Part shown: in pieces, positions 46,952 through 59,200 of the stretch | Numbering within the stretch: position 1 is the stretch's first letter | How the letters are laid out: every line of letters begins with the position of its first letter | Assembly: GCA_965637545.1 (NCBI GenBank) | Contig: OZ281494.1 | Location: forward strand, 1,054,001-1,118,000 | Origin: Phallusia mammillata | Lineage: Eukaryota | Direction of reading: 5' to 3' | Length of the DNA stretch: 64,000 bases | Made by a program: the position numbers and the translations under genes | The notes under the pieces: generated by a model | What the model saw: only the letters and a program-made list of their open reading frames with translations | Told to the model about the DNA's origin: nothing | Databases searched by the model: none

Positions 46952-49900
46952 TTATGTTATTGTTTCGTATGTAGGGTTTTCATTTGTTGATTTATAATTT
47001 TCGTATTCATGTTGATCTGTAGTTTTGTCGTCAGAGTTTGCTGCAAAACAGATGGTAAATCCCATTGTTAACAGTTTAAAGGTTTTAACTCATAGAATAA
47101 GTTATTGGATGTGTAATGTGCTGGGTTCAAACTTTGTACGATAAACTTGAGTCATTGCAGTAGAAATATTCCTTACCTTCATTGCTCTGATGCGGAAACT
47201 GTTCCTTAGTCGCTTGTTTTCCAGATGCTTTCTTATTTGAAGTTCTGTGGAAAGAAATTTTGCTTATTATGTTGCTCTGTGGGAAAAACGAGTGTTTGGA
47301 ATTGAAATTAAGTTGGGACAGCAATCGGACCTAGAGTTTGTGGTTCTAATCTCTAACTGTTTCGAGTTTAAACAAAGTAAACAAATTGCTCAGCTGGTGG
47401 AACAAAGGTAATTAAAACAGCTGCGATTGCAGGCACCTGCGTCTTCGGCGAATAAACATAACTATTAGCCCAACAGTGACAAGAAGCAGAAGCAAGAGGC
47501 CGATCGCCAAACCAGCAATCATTCCAACACTCGTTGCAGGTAAACCGCACGAAAGGGCATTACTTAAAGTGGTTACTGTCAGATTGGATGTGATGTTTGT
47601 GTTGATTGAACCAGTGACAATCACTGTGACCTGGAATACAAAGATGTTTTGTTGTTGTAAGTGATAAACTATAATGGCATGTGTCAAAAACCGATGGATT
47701 ATAATTCTACAAAAAGTTACTTACAACAATATGGTATGAAATAGAAAGCTGGAGATCTTGTATTATTGTCGTGTTATCTGAATACGGGACGGAGGTAGTT
47801 TTATTCAAACTCATGACAACAATCTGAACCTGCAGCAAGGTATAAGTTTGTTTCAACAATTTATGTTTGTCGACTAGAAATCAAACCAAAAGCAACACAC
47901 AATATATTTTGTACCCGTGCTGTTAAATTGTTGTTGTAGATGAGTTGGTCAAGTCCAGTCCAACGAACAAGCACAGTTGAAACGTTGCATGGAAATGTCT
48001 CCGCAGTCGCGTTTACTGCAAAAATCGTTGTTAAGGTTTGGACACGGTAAATGTTTCCCAACTCTTGGAATTTAATATACCACACAGCACGTAGAACGCT
48101 TGCTTACCTGGTGGATAGCAACTTGATGGGGGGTTTCCATAAGTTGTTACTGTTTTCGATGTTGAGACGTTAGTGTTCAAGCATCCGGTAAGCATTGTAG
48201 TGATCTGAAACGTTAAAGCTGTATCACTTAAATTATGCCTTCAATTGAAGCATTTAAAATTAATAATCAAGGTCTGGACTTTTAATTTTTTAATTTTTTT
48301 ATAGGCACTGATATGATGCTCTAACATGACAAATAATTTGTACTGCTACTATACATTGCTTACGGTAATGTAGTAATTAGTTGCTAAACTTAGGTTTTCG
48401 ATGGTTGTCGACAGAATAGCATATGGTGCAATGAATTTTCTGTTCATTTCCAAGACATAAATTTCAACCTAAACGAAACATTTGTTAAAATCAAGAAGTT
48501 AACGGACGTATATAAACTGTATGTCACTTCTGCATAAAGTTTGTTGTTGCGGATGAATTGATCAAGTCCAGTCCAACTGACCAACACAGTTGAAGCGTTG
48601 CATGGAGTTGTATCCATAGTCGCTTTAACTAGAAACAAGTTTAAATTAAATATTCATGAAAAGCATATTGTCTAGCGACACGATATAAAAGTATGTGCAA
48701 ACATATTTGCAAAAAGATCATTGGAACACAAAGTAATGTCAAGAAGACATTTACTTGTTTTTGCTGACTGATTTACTTGAAATTACTCACATTTCACTTG
48801 ACAAGCGTAGTAAGCCGATTCACCACTGCAGTTCATGCTTGACTGCTCCCATCCGATCCCATAATGCAACGCTCCCTGTTGACAAGTTGTAACGTTGGAA
48901 ACGGGAAAGTTTGCCGGAGATCCATCGCTCCAAAACCAACCATGCAACGAAGTGTTGTAACCAGCTCCAATTAAAACGTTAACGTCTGTAAAAGAAATAG
49001 CAAATACTATTTATGCACAACGTTAGGTTTTGCCTGTCTGGTAACAAAATGTTGTTGGGCACTCACTTTCCGCCAAGAACGATCCCTCATATATGGTGAA
49101 GTTTTGAAACGTTTCGTTGACACTTCGTAACTTGCTTGAACGTTTTGGTTTTCCGCTTCTATAGTTAAATACTTTTTTTCGGGTTTTTCTGGTGTTAGTG
49201 TCGGAAAACAAGAAAAACTGTAATGTCCATTCTGTAAACAAACATAAATTAATCAAATAACAATAAATGAGCCTGAGAACTTTTTCATTGACATGGTAAT
49301 AGAGTAAAAATCAAGGTGTAAAACATGGCAGTTACGTTTTGTATTGAGTTTTTGTTCTTTGTGAATGGCTGTATATACAAACCCACTTTTTACGTACCAG
49401 TTTGTTATTTTGGTTTTAAACAAAAAAATGTTACACACAAATTTTGGGTTATTTTTTCATACACACATTTTTTTAAATATAATTGATATGTTTGACATCT
49501 GCCTTATATAACGGTCAACTAAGTTACTAAGTTTATTCACACTAACGGTTCCAATTTCCATTGGGCGCGAGGCCACTGCAATTTCTTCCAATAGTGACAT
49601 TCCACCGCTCATTGACAGTGTTTGTCCCATAGTCGCAAAAATAAATTGGTTGACTTTGGTTTTTAGGATTGCTGTTAAAAAAATAAAGTAAATATATGTA
49701 TATCTATTTACATATGTATGGTTACGATTTCCCTGGTTGCTGTTAAATGTGTTTACCTGATTAGCAGATCGAAATACCACAGATGTCCGAGAGATATTGT
49801 ACTTTTCCATAAATCCTCTTCAGCCGAATTGTTTGAGTATTTGTATCGTTCATGTTTGTCTTCGTAAAAGATATAAACCCGGTGCAAATCTGAGAAGTTT

Positions 49901-50343
49901 TTTTTTGCAATGGAGTTAAACATGAGCATTTTTCAACATAGGGTAACTACTCATTTACAGCTATTCACGGTTTTTAGTGCCGTTGAAGTATATCTGTCTG
50001 CTCACAAACGGAATAAACGTAAGTACAAACCTGTCTTATATTTGTCTGTCATGAGTTGAGTGAGAGTTGTGTTGATCTGTGGGTCATCAGTCATTGCAAG
50101 ATTTCCACCCAGCAAACAACATTTCTCCTGTGCAGTGTTTGCATCCACAAGATCGTCAGATAATATCAAGACACTGTCCTTCACGGCGTTCAGTGTCTTT
50201 GTGCAACCTGTCAATAAGTTTTACATGTTTTCTTTGTATTTCTTTTCAAAATATAGTTGGTTTCGATGGAACTTACTGTTGTGTTGCGTGAGTGAGCAGT
50301 GAACAAGAAACAACAACACCACAACCTTGTGACCAGAGATCAT
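46952..50343 (-). CDS. Copy F: PTP-less receptor, SP-CTLDx2-FN3x2-TM-short dual-tyrosine tail (apparently intact)
   Basis: SP 50277-50343 MISGHKVVVLLFLVHCSLTQHN. All checked CTLD and FN3 exons are open. TM exon 47437-47630. Exon 47177-47244 RTSNKKASGKQATKEQFPHQSNE. Terminal exon 46952-47040 ANSDDKTTDQHEYENYKSTNENPTYETIT*. Confidence 0.85.
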
Positions 50344-50712
50344 GACTAACATTGACAGACCAAAATATCAATAAATGACTTTTAGGTTTTAAATTAAGCA
50401 ATCTATTCTTCAATCATAAAGCTTTTTGTTAGGCACACTTTGATTATAATTTTACAAATAAATACAAATTAAAAAAGTTTAAACGCTGTCTTGCTTCTGA
50501 ACTTGAAACACTGAAAAGCGTTGCTCAATTTGCACTGACAGAAGAAACGAAAGTCCTTGTGTTTCTTAAGAATCGTCCGACACTTGGGTGTTTACCAACT
50601 CGTTAAAGCGCTTTTATGTTTTACTGCAAACATTGGCACCTTCACCTTTATTGAAGTCTTAAAGCATTGTCAAGTCAAGTGATTTTTTGGCATAGGCACT
50701 TTATGATAACAG

Positions 50713-50874
50713 TGTAGCGCTGTTTATTTGCGCGAGTTCAAATATCGAATGACACAAGACAGAAAGGGCGAGACAAAACACGTTGCAAATAGAAAAAGGC
50801 ACGTGACGTATTGTGCGGTTCGGTTACGCATGACTGGTTAACGCAGTTGGGGAAAACACCCAGTTGTCGCCACA
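50713..50874 (-). repeat. 3' LTR
   Basis: Direct repeat of 54668-54829. Confidence 0.97.
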
Positions 50875-53800
50875 CAGCCCCCCCCCAGAATCGTACAATG
50901 CGCGACAATAATGATTGCAATGGTTGACGTCTGGTCGCATTCTCGCGAAGGCATTGCATGCGTTTTTCTTCGGGGGCCGTCCTCTTCTTGGAGGTTGTGC
51001 AACCTGAACAGGCATAGTTAAATGGACCTGTGCTGGTTTGAGTCTGTCAACCGAAACGGTTTGTGGTCGCCCACCCAAATCCACTATGAAAGACTTTGCG
51101 CCGGTCTCAATGACTTTGTAGGGACCCTCATATGGCGGCGTTAATGGCGGACGATGGGAATCTTTTCTGATAAACACAAACTTTGTTGTTGACAAATTAG
51201 CTGGAATAGCTGACTTTTTAAGACCATGGCGGGACATACGGATCGGAGCCTGCTTTAAAATGGTGTCTTCTAGAGTAGGGAGAAGTGTTGCTAAATCCGA
51301 CGAAGGATTCTTCAGTGGAACGATGTCTCCCGGTATCCGTATCGGCGCACCATATACAAGCTGAGCGGACGATGCTTGTAAATCTTCTTTAGGTATGGTT
51401 CTAATTCCTAGAAGTACCCATGGTAACTCATCAAGCCAATTTGAACTGCTCATACGGGCCATGAGAGCACTTTTTAAGTGTCTATGAAATCGTTCCACGA
51501 GGCCGTTTGCTTGCGCGTGGAAAGCCGTGGTTTTATGAAGCTTAATGCCTAAAAGCTGATTCATCATTGACCACAGTTCTGAAGTAAATTGCGCCCCACG
51601 ATCTGAAGAAATATCTGCTGGAATGCCAAATCGGGCAATCCAGTTGCTAATGAAGGCTCTAGCACATGTCATTGTCGTTTGATCCTTCATCGGTATGGCT
51701 TCTGGCCATCGAGTAACACGGTCGACAATTGTAAGGAGATAGGTATATCCTTGTGATTGCGGCAGCGGTCCTACTATATCTATATTCAAGTGACTGAAAC
51801 GTGTCGCTGTGGGTGGATATTCAGCCAATGGAGCGCGAATGTGTTGCTGAATTTTCGCCCTTTGACACGACAAGCATTGCTTTGCCCATGTACTAACATC
51901 TCTTCGCATTCCATGCCACACAAACTTTGATGCAACTAAGTTGCTTGTGGCCCGTATGGAGGGGTGTGACAGTCCGTGGATTGCATGAAAAACGCGTTTT
52001 CGCCAAGCTTGAGGAACTAATGGTCGAGGATTCCTGCCAGAAATATCACAGAGAATAATAGTTTCTTCGTGGTCGTAAGCAATATCTTTGAACTTCAGCT
52101 TAGTAATAGAGGTGCGGTAAGCTTGCATCTCGTCATGAGCTTCTTGTTGGGCTGCAGCCAATAACTTGTAATCAAAATTAACACAGTCAGAAACACTTGC
52201 GAGCAAGGACCTGGAGAGTGCATCAGCAACAGGATTGTTTTTACCATCGATATGTTTAATATCAGTGGTAAACTCTGAAACGTATGAAAGGTGTCGTTGC
52301 TGACGTGCTGACCACGGATCTGTAGCTTTATTAATGGCAAATGTGAGTGGTTTATGGTCCGTGTACGCTGTGAAAGATCTTCCTTCCAAAAAATATTTAA
52401 AATGGCGGACAGCCAAATACAATGCCAACAGCTCGCGGTCAAAGGTGCTGTACTTAAGCTCAGCTGGCCGTAGGCATTTGCTAAAAAACGCCAAAGGTCT
52501 CCATTGACTGTCGATTTGCTGCTCCAAAACTGCGCCAACAGCAAACTGGGAAGCGTCCACAGTTAAAGCGGTTTTTGCCTCGAGCCCTGGGTGGTTAAGT
52601 AGCGTAGCATTTGCAAGTGCGTCTTTAGCTTCATCAAAAGCGGTCTGAAGGCTTTCTGTCCACGTTAAATCCTTTGGCTTATTAGACAGAGCTTGTATAT
52701 GGGTAACATTATGGTAGCAGCTGATGGTATGAATCGATGATAAAAATTTATCATACCACTAAATTGCTGTAAACCTGCAATTGTTGTTGGGCGTTTGAAT
52801 CTTCGTATTGCCTCCACTTTTTCCGGCAAGGGCTTGGCCCCATGGACATTAACTTGATGTCCAAGAAAATCAATTTGTGTCTGCCCGAACCTGCACTTCG
52901 CAGTGTTAATAATAAGACCATGGCTGTCTAATCTTTTGAACAGTTGTCGCAGATGGTCAATATGCTCACTTGAAGTTTTGCTTGCCACAAGAATATCGTC
53001 AAGATAAACAAAAGCAAAAGGTAAATTTGTGCAAACGGAATCCATTAAACGCTGGAAAGCTTGTGCTGCGTTTTTTAATCCAAATGGCATACGCAAGAAT
53101 TCGAACAAACCGAATGGGGTAATTACAGCAGTCTTTGGTACATCAACTGGCGCAACAGGCACTTGGTGATAACCACGAACCAAGTCTATTTTTGAAAAAA
53201 TTGTGGCACCTGTTAAATGCGCAGAAAAGTCCTGGATGTGGGGAATAGAATATCGATCCGCTTCAGTGATCGCGTTCAAACGCCTGTAGTCACCACAGGG
53301 CCTCCAACCGCCGGATGCTTTGGGCACCATGTGTAAAGGCGATGACCAGGGACTCGAAGAACGCCGCACGATTCCTAGGTCAAGCAAATGTTGAAATTCC
53401 TGTTTGGCAATCTTCAATTTTTCAGGGGGCAGACGCCTTGCCCTAGCATGGACTGGTGGCCCATGTGTGATAATAAAGTGCTCTACCTGATGCTTGGGTT
53501 GTGAGTCAGAAAAGCTACTTTTGGTCAGATTGGGGAATTCTGAAAGTAGTTTGGTGTAAGTTGGTTGTGCTGCAAAAGACATTATGTCACGCGGTGAATT
53601 CGCTGTCTTAGAAGAATTCACATTATCTGCAGAATTCGGATGCCACAGTCGATGGCGCTTGAAGTCGACAAGCAACCCATTTGCATGCAAAAAATCGATG
53701 CCCAGCAGAGGCCGAGATACATCGGCTATTACAAATTTCCAAGCAAATCTACCAATGGAAAGATGTAAAGTTAAAACTTTGAAGCCGTACGTACGTATAA

Positions 53801-53996
53801 TAGTTCCATTGGCTGCTTTAAGTGAAACACCAGGTCTGTTTGAGCGACGATCCCGTCCAGTTGCAGGTAGCACACTTACTTCAGCACCACTGTCGATTAA
53901 GAAGTTGGCTCCTGTGTTGCAGTCTGACACGAAAAAGAGTCGGTTTTGCCTGCCGGCCGTCGCAGCCAATCTGGGCGGCCGGCTGGCTCGTTTCCC
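50824..53996 (-). pseudogene. pol: Gypsy Pol (PR-RT-RNaseH-IN), broken by a 1-nt deletion near 52695
   Basis: [26 protein letters not shown]. RNase H DASQFAVG. IN HGLSH...C..CQR, DIVGPL, SDRG, ERFH. The frame switches at TAC AA|GCT CTG TCT AAT AAG between the 464-aa and 578-aa ORFs. Confidence 0.93.
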
Positions 53997-54631
53997 TGAC
54001 AAATACATGGTCGGCGGCAACGACGTGCCTTGGGCCCAAAGCGCTGATGAAAAAAACAAAGGCCGTCTCCACGTGGATCAAAAGCAGACTTGTTGCTTTG
54101 ACTCTGCACTTTTGAAACAATAAAATTTGGGTCGCGCCTTGCTTGCCATAAAACATCTGCTCTCTTGGCGAAACTTCGAAGGTCGTCGATGTTCTCTTTT
54201 GCCAAAATAATTCTGATGTCTTCAGGCATTTGTTGTAAAAATAGATGCTCAAAAAGGAAACACGGCTTGTGATCGCCTAACAAAGCCAGCATTTCATCCA
54301 TTAGGGCTGAAGGTTTTCGGTCTCCTATCAAATCATTTATCAAATCAGGCAAATTTAAAAGACGAGCGGCTCTCTCTTGCTTTGAAAGAGAATATGTGTC
54401 CAACAGTTGCTGCTTAAGCGCTTCATATTTTCCTTCTGCAGGCGGATGTTCCAACAAATCAATTAGACGTAGTGCTGCGGTTTGATCCAATGCAGAAACC
54501 ACATAATAAAACTTTGTTTTGTCGTCAATTATCTTCCGCAAAGCAAACTGTGCTTCTGCTTGATTAAACCAAACACGCGGTTGCGCGGTCCAAAATGTCG
54601 GCAACTTTAAAGACACTGCATGCTCTTCCAT
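53897..54631 (-). CDS. gag: Gypsy Gag
   Basis: SLKLPTFW...WFNQAEAQF...TKFYYVV and [18 protein letters not shown] (CHCC). Confidence 0.95.
   Translation of the reverse strand: MEEHAVSLKLPTFWTAQPRVWFNQAEAQFALRKIIDDKTKFYYVVSALDQTAALRLIDLLEHPPAEGKYEALKQQLLDTYSLSKQERAARLLNLPDLINDLIGDRKPSALMDEMLALLGDHKPCFLFEHLFLQQMPEDIRIILAKENIDDLRSFAKRADVLWQARRDPNFIVSKVQSQSNKSAFDPRGDGLCFFHQRFGPKARRCRRPCICQGNEPAGRPDWLRRPAGKTDSFSCQTATQEPTS
53990..53996 (-). promoter_or_regulatory. -1 ribosomal frameshift slippery heptamer G GGA AAC at the gag/pol overlap
   Basis: Gag reads CAG GGA AAC GAG while Pol reads TCA GGG AAA CGA (-1 frame). A GC-rich stretch follows. Confidence 0.8.
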
Positions 54632-54667
54632 CCTGAGAAATTCGTTCTCAGGTTACGGGGTCACCAC

Positions 54668-54829
54668 TGTAGCGCTGTTTATTTGCGCGAGTTCAAATAT
54701 CGAATGACACAAGACAGAAAGGGCGAGACAAAACACGTTGCAAATAGAAAATAGCACGTGACGTATTGTGCGGTTCGGTTACGCATGACTGGTTAACGCA
54801 GTTGGGGAAAACACCCAGTTGTCGCCACA
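54668..54829 (-). repeat. 5' LTR
   Basis: Direct repeat of 50713-50874, followed on the minus strand by the PBS. Confidence 0.97.
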
Positions 54830-55369
54830 ACAGTTCCGTTTTTGTTAAACAGATACGGAAAAGGCAAGGACACCGAAAGAATCCATATATTTCCGAGTCA
54901 AGTGTTGGTTAAATTTGGTTTTCTGGGTATGTCGTACCGTAGAATCGCAACCGACCGCACGATCCTGGCGGGGTACGTCCGGTTGCATAAGACGGTAGTT
55001 GAACTCGCGAGTTTTGTTGGTCCAATGAAACCCGCCTTAACAGGAAACACCACCTCGAAACGTTTCCTGTGATCCTGTAAACAGGCCTGGGTGCACGAGG
55101 ACATCCTTTAGCACGATGAAAATGTTGCCATCGAACATATATTCCCCAGGGTTTCTAGAATCGACGGCGAGGATCTAGTTCATTGTTATAATACAAACGA
55201 GTAAAAAGAATAAAAGTGAAAGAACGCTAAGATAAAACTAAAACAGACATAAAAAACAGAAAAGGTAGCTAAAACTAGGGTAATTTTTGGTATAGAAGAT
55301 CAAGCTGTATTATATGTATTCTGGTATAAGCGATGGCACAGAGGTTTTTTAGTTATTGAGTGGTCATAT

Positions 55370-55690
55370 TGCCTCAATAAATGCAAGCAATACTTTGTGT
55401 TTTGAAAGAGGACGAACGTGGCCGAGACTTTATGTCGTGTGGTAATTCTTTCCATACTTTTGGACCTCGATGGCAAATTAATCGTTTGATAGACGTGGTG
55501 TTAATGAAAGTAATTCTGGCTTTCAGCCCTTTGTGTGTTGTAATACTGTACTGACTCAATAGGTGTGAAAAGGGTGTTGTATGAGAAAGGCAGTGTACAA
55601 GAATGACAGTCGTGTAATAGTTTGGCTACCTTAAGCTTGTAAAAGTCTTTAAAAATTAGAACACGCAAGTCACGATATCGTAGGGTAGCG
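55370..55690 (-). mobile_element. 5'-truncated LINE (L2/CR1-group) ORF2 3' end
   Basis: Frameshifted RDLRVLIFKDFYKLKVAKLLH...LPFSYNTLFTPI...YNT and RLICHRGPKVWKELPHDIKS resemble the C-terminus of L2/CR1-group RTs. Confidence 0.6.
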
Positions 55691-56282
55691 CGACAACGGC
55701 AAGTGCTGTGAGTAATTCGCCGCGACGGCGTATCGCAGATAGGAATACGCAAAGGAGTAGTAAATAATACGGAGAAACTTTTGTCCAAAGTAGTCACGCA
55801 ACTTACGGTTATCATGAGCTTGTGACAGAAGGTTTGTCCGACCCTCAACATTTTACAGCAAGTTTTACTGCATGGAAACCGACTCAACAGAAAATGCTTC
55901 ACTGTCGTTGTGTTGGCTGCTTGTTTTGTAGATTCTTTTTTACTACTTTACTTAACAACTGAATAACACCTGTTTAAATATCTCAGATATTTAACTTGAA
56001 TTTAGCAACTAACGACAAGCATAGATTTTAGTGGGTTTATTATTGTATAGGCCTATCTTTCAAATAGCGCTAACGCAGAAATGATTTAAGAAAAAATTCT
56101 GGGAATTAAAGTTTCAACAAATCTTACACATATAATTATTTTCGGAAAACGGGGCAACACACAAGCAGCAGATTGCAGATCAGCATGATCAAACAACAAA
56201 TGTTTCAAAAATGACAGAAAATCTATTAACGGACAAAAGCAAACGCTCAGATTTCTTAATAATGCCGTTGTCTGTTTGCAGA

Positions 56283-59200
56283 TCATTGGAAGTTTGAATA
56301 AGTGTCGAAATCAGACAGATATTGCATGACGACCGAGTAGCAGTATTTGTACAGTTCCTGTCAAAAAAAACTTTATTTAAAGAGATGTCTACTTTTCTCG
56401 CCTTAGCCCAAAGAAAAACGTTACCTTATTGTCGACCATATTCGGCCTCATATCTCTCAGGTCTTTTACAGTTCGGAATACATCCACCCGCTTTTGTGCC
56501 TTCAAACGTTCGAGAATGTTCACCAAAGCGATAAAGGTTCCAGTTCTTGTCGATCCGTTGCTGGGAACATATCAATATTATTTTGTCTTGAGAACATGTT
56601 TATGATTTTTAGAATTTTGTTGGCAAATTGGCTTGATATCAATTTGTTGTAGCAGATCTCCTTGTTTTGTGTGTAAAATGCAAACAATACATTACCTGCA
56701 GACAACCAGCACATATTGACAATTCTGTTTGGCCTTTAGCCGTTGCATTTCCTCGATAATTTTGATGAAATCCATTTCTTTCGGGGGCCGTTCCACGTCA
56801 TTCCATCCCTTGACTTGCAGAAGCATCAATTGAGTATCAGCCTGAAAACAATTAAAGCTAAATTTCATTATACACGTTATAAAACTGGTGTTTAAATGTT
56901 AAAAGTCGGTATGTTGATCCGAGCAGTTACGCAAATTTTGAAATAATGCTATGTTGTATGGTATTTTTGGGTTGTTTTTTGATAGATTATGTACTGATTT
57001 ATTTTTCATACACTAGACCACAACAAACTTTGTAGCTTAGAAGCAATGCTGTTTTAAAGTTTTCAACTTACAAAAGCGTTGGTTGTTGACCAAACGTCAA
57101 CAGTTGTCAGATTGTGGACATTGCTTTCATTTACATCACATACAGAAACCGAAATATCTTCGTATTGTAAAGCTGCATTCACTGGAATCTAAAAACAATT
57201 TTATGTTTTAATACGTAAAGAAATTGTGATTTGAAAAAATGACAGTCTTACATCAATGCTATTCTCCAAATCAATGACAACCATAGCTTTTTTCTCCACA
57301 ACCATCTTCCAGAAATTTTCTTTTTCTCCAGCAGCAGGATTTTTTGCAGCGATGAAACATTCTGAAGATCCTTGTTCCTGTATTTGAAACTGGATTAAAG
57401 TAGACTAAAAAAATCAGCTAATAACAATGTTTTGTCACAAGTGTAAAGATCGTTTACATTCTCACTTGAATGTACATCATTAAAACTTGTTGACATTGTA
57501 CCTGAACGGTTTGCTACTGATCTATGAGTGTAAAAGTATTAATACAATACATACGCCACCAATTGTAATTGAAACCGTGATGTGATTTGAAACATTGTAT
57601 TTTGTAATATCACCTGAATATACGAGGCATCCAGTTGCTGTATAATCTCAAGTTTTTTGTTCCAAATTTTTACTGCCGTGTTCTTATCTGAACACAATAT
57701 TTCATGTGTCTAAGGTCAAACATTATTTTGAGAATAAACTTACATGTTCTCAGCTGTGGGTGATTTTCCTGCCATTCCTCGCCATATCGCCACATTGACA
57801 ATGTTTCAAATTCTTGCTCTTGCATCTTTGTGCTGCAAAACAAAAGCTTAATGCGCGCTCACGTGTGAAAGCTATTAGCGCTTCAAACAATAATCTCAAC
57901 AATGTGACAACTACCAATGTGGTACACCAACAAAATGCTTGCAGGGAATTAAAATTGTATACTAGAAATGAGCCATGTGTTGTGATTAATGACAAATGTG
58001 TTACATTTCACTTGAGGTCATCGATTGTAGTTCTGTCACATCTTTATCTGTTTCAATTAAATTCTCACGCTCCATGAGAAGTTTGTAGACGTACATGTAT
58101 TGTTTCTGAAGAAAAACAAATTTAGAAAAAAAACACATGATTGGCGTTAGTCTTAGTTGCATCATATGGCCCCCTATAGAGCAGTTAACATGTGGAATTT
58201 GTGCCGAATTCCTTCTTGTCGTTTTTTTATAGTTAAGTTAACATTTGCAGCACATTACCGAGTTTTGAATCATGTCTGTTCGGTTTTCTCTCATTCTTAA
58301 CACAGTTTGTGGAACATCAACTGTTCCTTTGTCGTCAAGTTCATGAAACAAAGTGTCCATTGCTATGTAAGTACCTGTGCGTCCCACTCCAGCACTGCAT
58401 TTAAACATTGGGTTTACTGATTGGTCAAAATAACACAGGGTTTGTCAAGTCTTTACCTGCAGTGCACAATGATTGGAGCATTTGTGTTTTGCAAATCATT
58501 GACCATGTTACGTAGGTGGATCATGTTGGATGTAGTTACTGGAATCCCATGATCGGGCCAAGTTGTAAACTGCAACTGTGTTATGAAACGTTGCTCCTGA
58601 TAACGAAAACACGTAATTGCATCAATTATTACGTCATTTTTACTGAAAAAGGAACGTGTCACCCACACGCCGTGCAATGTGTGAGTCAAGAAAACATTAG
58701 GCAACGAAATTTTAGGAAGACAAATACTAGTTTGTTGGTCATTTACGTTTCATGGTTACATTTTCGTTATTTACACAAACCCTGGTTGTGGATAATTCGA
58801 ACTGTCGATATGTGATTCCTCCGAGACTTGTCTCATGTTGTGTTCGAACTTCCAGATTCGACGACAATTTGATTTTGGAGTCCATATCAGGCCAATATTT
58901 TTCACACTTTGTCTGCAGTTAAAATATATTTTGTTATTTCTAGACCAGTGGTTCTCAAGCCGTTTCAGGCCATGGACCACCGACGCAGCAAAAACAATAT
59001 CGTGGACCATTACATTTTTAAGCAAGATTGAAGTAGGCCTATAAAATAATCATGTTTGCAACCTATTTACAATAACATAAATGTTATTGTCCACGATCAC
59101 TGAGTCAAAACTTATTCACTAAATAAATAATTAGGAAGCAAATGCTTTTGACTCAAATCCAGTAGACACTGAAAAGAAGTGAGATTAAATAACTGACAAC

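Larger units (their letters stand above)
50713..54829 (-). mobile_element. Full-length Ty3/Gypsy LTR retrotransposon, CsRn1 clade
   Basis: 162-bp TG...CA LTRs at 50713-50874 and 54668-54829 (2 differences). 4-bp TSD ACAG. PBS TGGTGACCCCG (tRNA-Trp-like) inside the 5' LTR. G-run PPT at ~50877-50886. Gag has the CHCC motif. Confidence 0.97.

Noticed and set aside
46952-47040. Calling the D/F tails canonical ITAMs
   Set aside because: F has YENY in the first half, and D has a 5-residue spacer and YEIP. They are reported only as ITAM-like.
53584-54252. 179-aa, 97-aa and 123-aa ORFs overlapping gag/pol
   Set aside because: Antisense or alternate frames of the retrotransposon with no independent motifs.
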